Shown here: positions 1 to 12,289 of the stretch, piece by piece | Layout: every line of letters begins with the position of its first letter | Numbering within the stretch: the stretch's first letter is position 1 | NCBI GenBank assembly: GCA_002633005.1 | Contig: NMRA01000151.1 | Location: 349,337-413,336, forward strand | Reading direction: 5' to 3' | Length of the DNA stretch: 64,000 bases | Source: Phoronis australis | Lineage: Eukaryota > Animalia > Phoronida | Notes under the pieces: generated by a model | Databases searched by the model: none | What the model was told of the DNA's origin: nothing | The model's input: only the letters and a program-made list of their open reading frames with translations | Position numbers and translations under genes: made by a program

Positions 1-1249
1 AATCCTAGTCTGCCAAGTAGTGATTCTAAACTAAATTAAATTCTGGTGTTAAAGCCTATGTTCAACGGTAACACCTGAAAATTTGGTTCCTACAGTATGT
101 TAAGATTATCCCTCTGAGCCCACTAGTACTATAAATTGTCAAATGTAACGAACTGTTAGGCGTGTTTGGCTTGCTTTTGTCTTCGTCAACCGCGAGAATC
201 ACCTTTTACATGACGGCGACTTCCCGTTGCTCCCAACTTGTTCGATTCTACAGCCCAACAACAAGTTGGGAAGTTTACCCCTGTAGCCAATATCTTACAC
301 GACTGATTAACTCCATCCTGGCATTTATGGTTGGAGGGCCTGCGCTCTTTTGTACGATAATTGATCTAATCTCCGATCAGATCATATCTAGCCTGACTGG
401 GCTGGGCTGATAAAAATGAAAGTTAAGTTATAACACATTTGAGCTTAAACCAATAGCATTTCTGCATTCACGTAAAATGCTGATCGTGTTAAATTTTTGA
501 ATCACAAAAATCGCTTAACTACCACAGAAGATAATCTATTCTGTCCAAACGGATTACCAACGCACTGGGTTTGACTGTATTCTCAATACGCGTTCGGTAA
601 TAGCGCGCAACCACCATTCGTTTCATTTGAAGCCTGAGGGATAATTGGTCGGCTGTTTGTTATCATACGGGACAAATGACTGTGCTGGGCAGTTAACAAA
701 AGAGTTAGATGTTATCGCACGTTCAGCACCCCTCACGTCTGGAAAAGTTGCTGAAAGACAGAACGCTGTAATGAATTCAAACAGCTGCGAATTACACTCG
801 CACGCAATGGTGTTCTATTCAGACCCCTATTCAATACAACTTTTTGTTGTTTGTGCTGGGATCTCGCGATGACGGAACATGTCGCGAAAAGGCAGGTTCA
901 CTTACCAGTCACTGACGGGCTTACATTTGCGTGATTGACCTCGCGTTTTCTTATTTTACTAAGGCTTTGCTAGGACTATCTGGTTAGCCCAATACATCTA
1001 AAATACCAAAATTCCGTTGAAGTTAGGCTTTAAGCTTTGTAAACATCTTTGCAAACCAAGTTTTATCCCCAGAGCACCAATAAGGTCAAAAAGACCGAGT
1101 ACGTACAGTTATCTACGATCTGGACATTTTATAAGCTTGACATCGGTAGCCGAAAAGGATCGACATTCTAGCAGTAATGGCAACAGGCTACGAAAAATGC
1201 ACACTGAAAAGGCACAACCACAACTTTCACATTTCTCGATCATATCCCA

Positions 1250-2085
1250 TTTAAGCATCGATTTGTCTGTACAACAGACCACAAACTATATCATTCCACA
1301 TGTACACTTCCTCATGCCGGATTATTTACGTATGAAGCGTTACCTGTTGACAATTCGACCAGCTAATCAGAAATGCCGGTGTGAAAAAATTCCGGAAGAA
1401 ATTAAATTGATACTTCCATGTCCCCTTCCCCGTAGCGGTAACGCAAGGTACCAGGGAGGAATGACAAATCATTGCTGAGGACAATAGCGCCCCCTATAGG
1501 AAAAATCCTGACGCATCTTGGAATATTTACTCAATGCTTTTATTCCATCCCGAATTCAGAGATCATTTATAAACTGAGTAAGGAACTAGACGGGAGCAAT
1601 TTTGTAGCGATGAGTGGCATAAATCAAAATTTGTATTGTTGACAGTGAACATAATAAGTTTAATAAAGTTGCAAACCAGTCTTTCTTAGCCATTATGTGA
1701 CATTTTAAGTGTTCTCAATAATGTGTTGTACACCTAACTTACCACTTATAGGTAAGTCGGCTCAAATCGATATGTGTTAGAATGACCGTCCCAAATAACA
1801 CCAACAAAAAAGTTAATCCCGGATCACTTTCTCACTTGAAATCTGTCACCCCTTCAGAGAACGGCGCGTGCAAGAGACCCGGCTCGCTGGTTCCTTGCGT
1901 GCATCTAGGTGGTCGGTAGCCAGCACGCAGGTAGCACTTAGTTTTCCTCGGGAAATTCTTATACCGGCGTTTCTGATTGGCTGGTCAAATTCTCAACAAA
2001 CAGCGCTTTACGCAAACAAACTGGCATGACTGATGGAGCAAGTGTAAATGTGGCCTGTCAGTGTACAGACAAATCGGTGCTTAAA
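1250..2085. repeat. Pair of diverged repeat copies in inverted orientation (about 1250-1410 versus 1940-2085)
   Basis: ttaagcatcgatttgtctgtaca (~1250) is the near reverse complement of tgtacagacaaatcggtgcttaa (~2063). gaccagctaatcagaaatgccgg (~1357) pairs with ccggcgtttctgattggctggtc (~1964). Confidence 0.65.
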
Positions 2086-2476
2086 ATTTATGCTCAAGAA
2101 ATCTGAATCCCAGAAATTGTGGTTGCACCTTTTTGGAGTGCATCTTTCTACTGACAGTAGCCTTTTATTTACGACACTGTCCTGTATTCATACACTATGA
2201 ATAACACAGCACCGGTTAAATCGGCCACTGAGATATGTGTTTATTGTACACGTATGTGCTTCAACATTAAACATTACTGCAGAAACTAAATTTTTGCTGC
2301 GACGCCACTTGCATGACAAGGCTAAAAATCGTTCATAGTCCGGCATTTTTTTACGTTGACCTTAAGCTAACCAATGATTGCCGAGGTCAAACCGACCAAT
2401 GCTAAAGCGCGTGCTACTGTACGATACCTGCGTGCTGGCTAGGCACGTAGGGAATCAGCGAGGAGACACGTCTCTT
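1872..2476. mobile_element. MITE-like element with imperfect terminal inverted repeats
   Basis: ctcgctggttccttgcgtgc and tagccagcacgcaggta (1883-1933) are mirrored by tacctgcgtgctggcta and gcacgtagggaatcagcgag (2426-2462). No coding capacity. Confidence 0.5.
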
Positions 2477-2478
2477 AA

Positions 2479-3695
2479 AGGCGAAGGCAACCTTTTTCCA
2501 TGTCATTTTGAGCTAAAATAAGGTTGGTTGGTTATCCTAGACATATTTTCCACTTAATTACAGCTTTTCGTAATTTTATAGATTACTCGTCCGCTACTCC
2601 GGAAGGGACGTTTTAGGAGGCAAGCGTTTCCCGCCACTTGGTTTTGCGTTGACTTTACCGTGCGAATCTGTTCTATTCTACTTTTGTTTTGTGCTGTTTT
2701 TCAACAATTGTCGCCACCACTTTCCATCGGCGAGTATTCTGCGGCAAGATAGGTTAGTAGANNNNNNNNNNNNNNNNNNNNNNNNNNNNNNNNNNNNNNN
2801 NNNNNNNNNNNNNNNNNNNNNNNNNNNNNNNNNNNNNNNNNNNNNNNNNNNNNNNNNNNNNNNNNNNNNNNNNNNNNNNNNNNNNNNNNNNNNNNNNNNN
2901 NNNNNNNNNNNNNNNNNNNNNNNNNNNNNNNNNNNNNNNNNNNNNNNNNNNNNNNNNNNNNNNNNNNNNNNNNNNNNNNNNNNNNNNNNNNNNNNNNNNN
3001 NNNNNNNNNNNNNNNNNNNNNNNNNNNNNNNNNNNNNNNNNNNNNNNNNNNNNNNNNNNNNNNNNNNNNNNNNNNNNNNNNNNNNNNNNNNNNNNNNNNN
3101 NNNNNNNNNNNNNNNNNNNNGTGGCGACGGGGCACTGCCGGGAATCAACATAGACGGAATGACAACCTTCTTCAGACGTTGTTTCGCAGGGACCTTCATC
3201 AGTTCAGCGTACAAATCCCTTTCGTAATCGGACGGCAGAAAGTGCTTGCCACACACACGGTAATTCTCCACTGCTTTGTACTTTGCGTGGACGGGTAACG
3301 CTGCGGTCTTCACATGAACGAGCCAAGTACGGCGAAGTGTGTCATCCATCGGAAAGCGATGCAAAGGTACTCCCAAAGCGCGCGTGAGCCGATAATTAGT
3401 ATATCCTGGTACGCAGCAACAGTGTGGCATATTGACTGACTAGTAAATGAAAGCAAACGACGACGGAACTTAACACAACCGAGGTAGAACAATGACTGAC
3501 TCGGCAGCTCTCACAGTCAGACTATAGGAAAAGAAATTGGCGCGAAATGCTTGCCTCCTAAAACGTCACTTCCGAAAGAGCGGACGAGTAATTAATAAAA
3601 TTACGAAAAGCTGTAATTAAGTGGAAAACATATCTAGGATAACCAACCAACCTTATTTTAGCTCAAAATGACATGGAAAAAGGTTGCCTTCGCCT
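2479..3695 (-). mobile_element. Kolobok-type DNA transposon (TTAA TSD, ~150-bp TIRs, THAP ORF); interior hidden by an assembly gap
   Basis: TTAA|AGGCGAAGGCAACC...GGTTGCCTTCGCCT|TTAA with near-perfect long TIRs. A TTAA TSD, purine-purine termini and a THAP domain are the established Kolobok hallmarks. Confidence 0.85.
3121..3430 (-). pseudogene. THAP zinc-finger ORF of the Kolobok-type element (runs into the gap)
   Basis: MPHCCCVPGYTN...LHRFP...W...RVCGKHF...IPS follows the THAP C2CH pattern, but the second Cys (PGC) is replaced by Tyr. Confidence 0.8.
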
Positions 3696-4718
3696 TTAAC
3701 GTCTCAAACACTATCACCCGCAGTCGGCTTCTATCACGGTAACTGCAGTGTTCCTCCTGCACGAACTATACAGTTTTTCTCACGAACAAATTCGTTTGGT
3801 TTGGGCACGCGTTTTCCTCACGACGTAGTTCCTCTTACCTACTACGAATTTCTTTTCTCACGAACCAATGCCCAGGTTAGTCTTCACTCGGCGCTAAATC
3901 TTCACCTTCGCCGCAGACTGAGACCAATGTCCGTACCAGTTAAAATTTCATTTTCCCCAATTACCAGAATATCCGTGTACTGTACGAATGTTGTTATGTG
4001 CAAGTTACATTTCTTCTCAAAACAAGTGGCTTAGTCGAATGGATGACCTTGCTTTTCCAGCGTTTCTAGTTGAACTTCACTTTCGGCTTCACGTTAAATC
4101 TAAAATGGTGGAGTGTCACTCCATATGTACGAATAGCTTAAGAACAGCATGTTTGAAAACACTTGCATCTACACTACATGTCTAAGAATAGCATTATTTT
4201 CTCGCAAGCAGTTCTTTGTAATGCATATGAAAGAACTATATTATTTTAATGGGCGTCGTACGATAGGGGGCTGGGCTGGGGGGGGGGGGGGNTATAGACT
4301 CTACTTTTTTCAGTTCTGCGCCGCCCATGGTATGGTAACAAAACCCTGCCTGTGAGAACACACAGCCATTTATGAGACAGGAAGATTGGACTGGATACGG
4401 TGTCCAAGGTGACAGCCATATTGCCGAGCCTTTTGGGCCCGAGGGCCTATATCCAAAATAATGGCTTTGTCGCCGCCTTTTTTACCCAGGGGCTTCGCAA
4501 ATTGCCGCACCTAAGTTTCACATATAAGCACAGTTCTGCACAGACGTTCCTGGGCTTAATGGTGCGGTAACACGGTATTTGAAACTCGACTTGTAAATGT
4601 ATTGGAGACCCGGGATTTACGTAGGATTTCAGTATTTCAAACCTAAATATCTATTGCACGATAGTAAACTTTTTGGTAACACCACTTCAGTTTATTTCTT
4701 GATCGATATTTCTCTTAG

Positions 4719-5039
4719 ATGTAAAGTCCTTGCTGATTAAAGATGATAATACGGATAAAGTCATTGAAACTATCGTGTCGCGTGGAGAAAAGGGCTTCAA
4801 CATTAGCTGCTATGCGACAGGATTGGTTGGCCGCTTGAACGTGTCTTGGAGTTTTAACACCACGTTGTTTAATATAATACAAGAAGGGGAACAGACATCG
4901 ATCACTGAAAACGGAACCACTCAGTTCAAGAGAAGTTTATATTTGTCTCCCAACTCGTCGGGGATTTTTGTTAACTTAGAGTGTAAGACGAAAAAGGGCA
5001 CTCTTACAGTTGCTTCAAAAAACGTTAGTCTTGGAATGC
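4719..5039 (+). CDS. Ig-superfamily gene, internal exon A (one Ig-like C-type domain)
   Basis: Acceptor tttctcttag|AT, donor ATGC|gtaagt; 321 nt, phase 1/1. Translation has the B-strand Cys (FNISC), C-strand Trp (LNVSW) and F-strand Cys (VNLEC), plus 6 N-X-S/T sequons. Confidence 0.85.
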
Positions 5040-5225
5040 GTAAGTATATTTTTCAAGGATAAGTTTCCCACTACTAAGTCTGACTAGATTTCTGTGTTTG
5101 TAATAAAGTTGAGTGAAAAATGTAAAAAATAATATCAAGTTCCCGATTTCTAATACGAATATGGACATCTGGCCATGAACTCGAAAAGCAACAATTTTAA
5201 CCTAAGTTCCCAAATCCTTTTTTAG

Positions 5226-5552
5226 ATTTTACATCAGTTACCATTAAAGATCACGGCACGGGAACTCGTCTTCACGTAGTCAACGTTCACAGTGGTATGG
5301 GCTACAATATATGCTGCGACGCCAACGAGACTTTCAAGGCCACCGATGTGACGTGGAAATTTGAAACAGAATCAACTCTAAATTTCACACATTACGACAA
5401 TGTAAATGTTCTCACCAACGACAACAAAACCTCTAGGTGCACCAAGTTACTATATGTTGTACCAAGCCCCGAGGTAGACCAACTTAATGTAACGTGTGAA
5501 GCAAGAATAGACAACATAGCACTAGCAACCACTAACGTCAGTTTTCGAATTT
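5226..5552 (+). CDS. Ig-superfamily gene, exon B (Ig-like domain)
   Basis: Acceptor ccttttttag|AT, donor ATTT|gtgagt; 327 nt, phase 1/1. YNICC...DVTW...LNVTCEA pattern; resembles exon A. Confidence 0.87.
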
Positions 5553-5651
5553 GTGAGTTTTAATTTTATTTTTACGTTATTGCGTGTGATGTGAGAAAGA
5601 GCGTGTGAAGAAATTCGGAAACTTCTTTTGACTGAGAAGGGCAAGGTAGTG

Positions 5652-5797
5652 CATGGGCGGCGCACCATAGGGGGTTGGGGGGGGTTTAGCTCCCCACTTT
5701 TTTCAGTGCTACGCCGCACATGGTCTACAGGCGGTGCACCACAGGACGGCTGAGGGGGTTTTAGCTCCCCACTTTTTTCAGTGCTGCGCCGCCCATG
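5652..5797. mobile_element. Short GC-rich MITE with an internal duplication; related copies at ~4248-4329 and ~45963-46081
   Basis: TIR CATGGGCGGCGCA...TGCGCCGCCCATG; internal unit ...tttagctccccacttttttcagtgct occurs twice. Confidence 0.7.
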
Positions 5798-6241
5798 CAT
5801 TGGTGACACTGAATTGATTTTTAGCTACTTTAGCACTTATGGTGATCTGAGTTCGCCTCCACCACTACCTCCACACCATACCAGCGGTGTGGTGTGGTGT
5901 GGCGTTGACACACGTAGGCGCAATATAATGGCTTTTTCATTTCGCCCATGAAACTGAACGTTTCCCTTTGAAGAATGAATGGTATTATATGTTATAAATT
6001 GAAAACCTTTTCACTGAATGAGTTTTTAAAACGTTTGATCTGATTTAGTAATTTGTGCTCCTTCGAAACTGCAACTTGCAGGCACTTTAATATTCATTAC
6101 GTCACGTCTCGTACATTATTCATGAGCTCACCGTCAGAAGTCGGATAATTTTGAAATTCAAACTAAGATAACTTAAAAGTATACATACCATTTCATAAAT
6201 GAGGTTTTACAAAAAGTTTCAAAGAAAAACAGTGAGGGACC

Positions 6242-6445
6242 CAGTGGCGGATCTAGTATATCATGGGTGTGACCAATATAATAGTTTCCTGTGTGAAACC
6301 TGAACCCAAAACACGTACATACACTTAAATACACACCTACGATTAGATGCAACAAAATAAATGTCCAAATACATTTTCGTGCCATTATACTACTTATTTT
6401 CGTTGGCGACTAAGAGCGTATCAGTTCCCCTTAAATCTGCCACTA
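6242..6445. mobile_element. MITE of the CAGTGGCGGATCTAG family, 5-bp TSD GGACC
   Basis: ggacc|CAGTGGCGGATCT...AAATCTGCCACTA|ggacc. Confidence 0.7.
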
Positions 6446-8739
6446 GGACCAAAGGATGTAGAACTCAGTCAGAAGAATTATAGTCTGCCATCTTAATCAC
6501 TGTTTAACCTGGGTATGACCAGGCCTTAAGTTAAACCTGGTTTAAAATCTTAATACAGGTCTGAGGAATGTTGACCTCGTTGGTGAAAAGATAAGCGGGT
6601 TAGACCGGGTCTAAACTGGAGAAGAAAGAATCCTTACATTGATTTTATTTTCAAAGCCATAGCATAAAATTGAGTTCCACTGGAAAAATATCAACACGAT
6701 ACTTCATTGAGGAATCTTTATCAGTTGTTCATACCTTATGGAGATGTGGACTAGTTTTACTTGGCGACTTTGACATCGTTTGCAAGGTCACCACGAAAAA
6801 TCTTGAAGATACATCGCATCATGCACTGTATGAAAGTGAACTTTTATAGTAAGCCTTGCCAATTGTAATTGAATGATCATTTTCTTATACGTTGGAAGTA
6901 AGATGTTGCAAAGAAAATCATATCGATTATCTTTAACAAAAATCATTACCAAATTTAATTATAGTTTTACAATGAACATATCCCTAGGCAGCGGGGAACG
7001 ATTTCATCACTCTGTGAAAACAACTTGTTTTCAGAATATATAAATATTAAACCAATTTCCACACCAGTTTAAGATTTTTATCTTCACATGCACTCAGGAG
7101 ATAAAGGGCGAGATACCCACAGCTAAGTTGATTGGATTTCTGTATTCGACCGGTGGTCTTGATGGCTCAGTAGACTAGAATGTCTGCAAGGTTAGCAGAA
7201 GTCCCGGTAGGGGCATAGATATTTTCTGACTTAGGTTAATTACATAACGTGATGTGGCCAAGAGGTGGCGTGCTGACCTGCTTGAACTTGTTTTCAGGTG
7301 GAGAATGAAATTAAAATTCATTAATTTGTGGAAAGAAAGTTTCTTGTGTGATATGGAAGATTTACTTGACACTTCAGTAAACCTTATCGCTAAAGAATAT
7401 ATCAGAGATAAGCTATACATTAAAAGAGTCTTTGGCCATTCAAGCTAACAAATCTGCTCGTTTACCCAATCAGCAGCAGACCTCTGTTGCCTTGAATCTA
7501 TGGTAGTTTGCTGTGACTGAATATACTCGTTGCTTGTTCAGTCAGTTTCGTGTTAGACACGTTTGAGTGTGCATTAGTTTATTATCTTGATAATGCTTTA
7601 GCAACTAAAGGGCAATGTTGAACAAGAAAATCTCAGCAGAAACACTGATTTTTAAGCAGTATTTCTTAAGTCTGAAGATGTCTTAATAGTTCAAACAAAG
7701 TTGAAACTTTTTTACTGAAATAAATGTCGAAAGGGCCATTTTTCAAAGATCAGCATAAAAACGGAAACCAGACTTGGATCAGAAAATAAAAGGTGACTAA
7801 GTCTATATTTAGAGAAGTCCAAGAACTCATGAGGTTTCACAAAATTCTGTAGAACCAACCATTGGTGCTCCTAAAAATTCCTACTTAAACTGTTCACTTA
7901 GACTATTGTCGGTACTAATACAGTTCGAGGTAACTTGCTGCTTTCAAATGCTTTACGATAACCCAACCAAATATATTTCTCATTGCGAAGGGGCTACCTG
8001 GAGTGTTGTCTCGTCAGACTTCTAATGGTTCTAACGCTTAACATTTATCATTTCCAATCAGAAGCCCTACATTGAGTGGTTGGCCAGGAACAGCTGGTAG
8101 GGCTGTGCAACTTCCGTCGTAACAGTCTTTTGTCTACTGTCCGCGGCCCCACGCCTATGTCGGTTGCCACGGTGTAATCATGGCGCCTACAAATATTTGG
8201 GAGAAAACGTGCCCCCCCGCTTCCTACGGCCCTGCCAAGAGTATAACCATTATTAACTAGAAGATCGGAACTTGTATAGGGAGTATGAGCGAGTATATAT
8301 CAAGCTATCCCGCAAAAAGTGCAGTCGTGTCTTCAAACGAGTTAACATATGTATATGTATCTGTATATCGCTTTTTCCCCCTATGTCTTTGCTGACAATG
8401 ACGGTGTTAGCGAGTGAATGGCGATGAAATTACCTCTTCTGGTGATATTGATACCATTGTCACGATGTGCGTGATTTCATATTTTTACTGGACTAACATT
8501 TTTTATGAGTTTCTTGGAGGTGCATGAATGTTGACACTTAGGCTGTCTGTTTGCAATTAATTGTCTAACAATAAGCCCATCTAGTCACCCACTGATGCAC
8601 ATTTTTGTGTGTTTGTCAAAGTGCCTTGCTATCTGTCCGACTATCCTTCCATTTGCTTAGGTATCTATGTAAAATTTTGGTCATCATTCCATGTGTTGAG
8701 TTGATTATCAGTAACTCCCACGATTTTGTCATACTTCAG

Positions 8740-9054
8740 ATGGTCCAGCTGTCATTCAACTGCTAGACGATAAAAGTAAAGCCGTGAGTGAGGACAATTT
8801 TCAGACGTTTGCAGGTAGAACATACGTAATCAGATGTATAAGTGACCAGGAACACTGCTCAAGGAATCTGAAATGGTCTAGAGTTTCAGGGTCGCTTTCC
8901 AATACAACCAAAGTTGGAAAAATTTGCACAAAAAAATTGTACATACAGACTAATACAAGTTTTGACGGACACAACATTACGTGTTTTATGAATCTCAGCG
9001 ATTATGGGAACTACATAAGAACATATAAGAAGTTTACAACATTGCATGTACTTG
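8740..9054 (+). CDS. Ig-superfamily gene, exon C (Ig-like domain)
   Basis: Acceptor atacttcag|AT, donor CTTG|gtaagt; 315 nt, phase 1/1. Starts (Y)GP; YVIRC...NLKW...DGHNITC pattern. Confidence 0.87.
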
Positions 9055-9207
9055 GTAAGTACTGACATTATTTCGCTTTGTTTTCTTCCTGTTGGCAACA
9101 AAAAGCTCTAATTTACGGTCTACTAGATTTGACGAGATACGAATACCAGTTATGTTAAATGCATTAAAGGTTGGAACGCAGACTCTTCTTTTGAAGTAGT
9201 TATTGCA

Positions 9208-9994
9208 AGATTGTTCTAAAACCCCCGCGACCCACGACCTGTTCGACCCTTGACCTCCTCGACCCACTACCTACACCCCCTCGACCCAGTCTACACAAGC
9301 TCGACTCGATCTGACTGGCAAGACCAATGACTTGGTCCGTGAGTGCGGCTGGCTTTTCACTGTTTTTTGCAAATAAGAGAGTCGATTCGACAAGTTTGAA
9401 AGCCAAAACCAGAAAATAAAAAGAACGCGACCAAATCAAATCAAAGATTTACCAACGTTACAAGTGTTCTTGGCAGAGTGTAATCATCTTGTCTGCTCTT
9501 CAGTGAATGGCAAATTCAACCTTTTTGCGGAGAGTGCGAGGAACCTACAAAACTCTAATTTCATCAGTAAACACAGTTTGCAAAAAGCAAACTGTTTACT
9601 AAAATTATTTCAACGTTGTATGGAGTATATTGTAAACGAGTATACAACAGAAAGCAAATAGCAAAATGTGAAATTATGTATATTCACGTTAACGTACTCT
9701 AGTAGAACTGGGCCACTGGTAGCCGCTCATGGAGCTATTTCCGTGACAACGATAGCGCGCTCACAATGGGCAATTTAAGACCACTGGCGTTCTCACGCCG
9801 CTTTCTGTTTTTAATCACCAAACTTGAGCCAGAGCAGACTCGTGTGTAGTTATGTCTTATGGGAAAGTTACTCAGTAACGTAATAAGATTATGAAATATC
9901 TAAAAAGCGGAAATGTACCTCTATTTCCTCAGGTCGTGGATCGAGGGGGTCGTGGGTGGAGGGAGTTGTGGGTCGAGGGTTTTTAGAACAATTC
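9208..9994. mobile_element. Non-autonomous Mutator-like (MULE) element, 9-bp TSD
   Basis: TSD GTTATTGCA at 9199-9207 and 9995-10003. TIR ATTGTTCTAAAACCC / GGGTTTTTAGAACAAT with subterminal CGACCC repeats at both ends. Confidence 0.8.
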
Positions 9995-10063
9995 GTTATT
10001 GCAGCTATTTGACAGTCGGGACATAAAAAGACAATTGAATCAATATTTTCCGAACAATTTCAG

Positions 10064-10381
10064 ATGAGGCAAAAAAAGCTTACTTTAAAGATACGGATGG
10101 CAGCGACATAGACAACAGATTGGTTGTGTTCAATGAAAAGAACAAAACCATAACATGTAAATCTGATTTATCCGCCTACTACAAGATCGAAATTGACATT
10201 CAAGCATCTTTGAACTTCACCTTGGGCAAACTGGATGTCAGGAGCGGAGTCTACTCTAAGAAGTTGACATTTACTGTGTCGCCATCGATAAACGAGGCTG
10301 AAATTACATGCACCTCACAAACCCAGGATATCGTTCAATTTGAAAAAAGTCATAACCAGACGGTGATTTTGGATGTTATTT
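10064..10381 (+). CDS. Ig-superfamily gene, exon D (Ig-like domain lacking the C-strand Trp)
   Basis: Acceptor caatttcag|AT, donor ATTT|gtaagt; 318 nt, phase 1/1. TITCKS...KLTFTVSPSINEAEITC...VILDV pattern. Confidence 0.85.
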
Positions 10382-11699
10382 GTAAGTATCAATTTCCTCG
10401 TCAGCGTCCTTAGCATGTCCAGCAGCACAACACCACTTGTGATATTCCAAGTACTCAAATAGTACAGTAAGGCAGCGGAGAAAATTGAAATTTTATTCCT
10501 CAGACTATTGTACGACACGTGTGTCGCAGAAACTGTGTTTGGCCAAGATCCGCCAATTTATAAAGTACGTCGAGATCTTCTTTAATTTGACCATTGAGTT
10601 TTACGGAACAAAATTATTTTGGAAATGACAAAAATAGTATGTTGAACGCGGACAAAGTTTGTAATGTTATCAAATTCTCAATACCAACAGTTTGGTGTCA
10701 TTCTTGGTATTTTCAAGTTGCCATGCGCTAATGCCAGTGAACTTTCAGGTGGCAGATTTTGCGGGTGGGTGCCTATTCTTGCTTGCATTCAGTGTTGTCA
10801 GTATAACTTTGAGCTGCGAGTAACGTTTCGGAATTACATGATCCGAGCTATTTTTTGATGTGTGACTAAAAATTTTTTCTAGTTTAGCTGCCTGGGAAAA
10901 GTAGGGCAAGGAAATATTAAAAGATGGACGTTACCGTGGTAACGTTTATAGTGTCGTGCCACACTCAAAAGCCTAAATTTCTCAATAATTACGTCGAAAT
11001 ATACTACTTTCAAAAGTTACGTAATCAATGTTCACACCTCATAATGGTTTATAAGAACGTTGGCGGTAATGCAATATTAAGATCAATGAATGGACCACTG
11101 CTGGGCGAGGATTATTTCCACTGAAACTTTTTAATCATTAAAACTGCTTGGGTTGCCAATGTCTCGGTAGCCTGTCACTAAACAAGTTCAGGCGCAAAAA
11201 TACACCGAGATATTTGTAAAACAAGGACACTGCAGTATTTTCACCATCAAAGTGCCATTTTTCGTAATTGTGCAATGACTGACTTCGTCTGAAAACGAAA
11301 AATGTAGTCTTTGACATGTTTTTAAAAACTCAACCCCCAATCACAACAGTACTTATATAGAAAATTTATGTGGCGCTAGAGTGTTATGGCTGTTTCAACA
11401 CAGCCAACCATATCATCTGCATAGCTCAAAACAGTCAGGTCAAGATATCTTCACTGATAAATATACCACCGACATTTTCTTTGGAAACAAATTTATTAAG
11501 ATACATTACAAATAGAAATGGGCTCAACATATAACCTTGACGTGTTTCAATGACGTTATCAAATAATTCAGTTAGGCTGCCATCTGTTCTCACGCAAACT
11601 TAGTTTACTTTACATACTTTTCAAAATCGTCAGAACATTGCCATGTAATCCATGTATCCTTTACCATGGAAATTTATGTGGAATATTATCAAAAGCACG

Positions 11700-12075
11700 T
11701 GAGAAACAAAAAAGAGCATAATATTTCCCCTTCCTTTTTAAAATATATTTCTGCATCATACTTTGTGCATTAAATATTTGATCAACGGTGCTATGCTTGA
11801 GATTGTTCATGATTTTAGAATATATTTTCCAATTACAGACAACAACATAACACCAGATAGTTTCCTAAGTAATTAATTGAACCCTGTTTAAGAGATGAAC
11901 AGGTTACAGCATCGCACCATACCTGTCGGTAATCACCAGAGGACCATACCTTACTAAACATATCACTTAAAAGTGGTACAGTGGGCCTTTTAGTTTGTTT
12001 AAACAATTCAAAATTAAGGCCATGGATGCCCGCAGCCTGGTCATTTATCACTGGCACTTGTTGTATTCCGTACAC
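11700..12075 (-). pseudogene. Degenerate LINE reverse-transcriptase fragment
   Basis: AAGIHGLNFELFK...MFSKVWSSGDY..W...KQG...NY resembles the N-terminal RT motifs (APGxDGI...ELxK...W..A.I.P..KKG....NYR), and STVDQIF follows downstream. Confidence 0.55.
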
Positions 12076-12289
12076 TCAGAACGTTTTACACGGTAAACGC
12101 CTGATTCAATGTCACAGGGACTTTGTCAAGATAATCACGCAACGCTTCTGTAACAATGTCACTGACCACTGAGTAAGAGGGTTGAACAGTGACTTAAAAT
12201 AACAATACCAAAGGTCTGGATCGATCGAGTTTCAACCAATGTTTTTTCTACGAGGTGTTATTAGCATGCGATAATGCTTGGGTCTAAGA

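Noticed and set aside
1017-1478. 153-aa ORF upstream of exon A, considered as a first exon
   Set aside because: No signal peptide or recognisable domain, it overlaps a repeat copy, and it has no suitable splice donor.
7152-7215. tRNA A-box-like sequence TGGCTCAGTAGACTAG
   Set aside because: No B box or cloverleaf; at most a SINE remnant.
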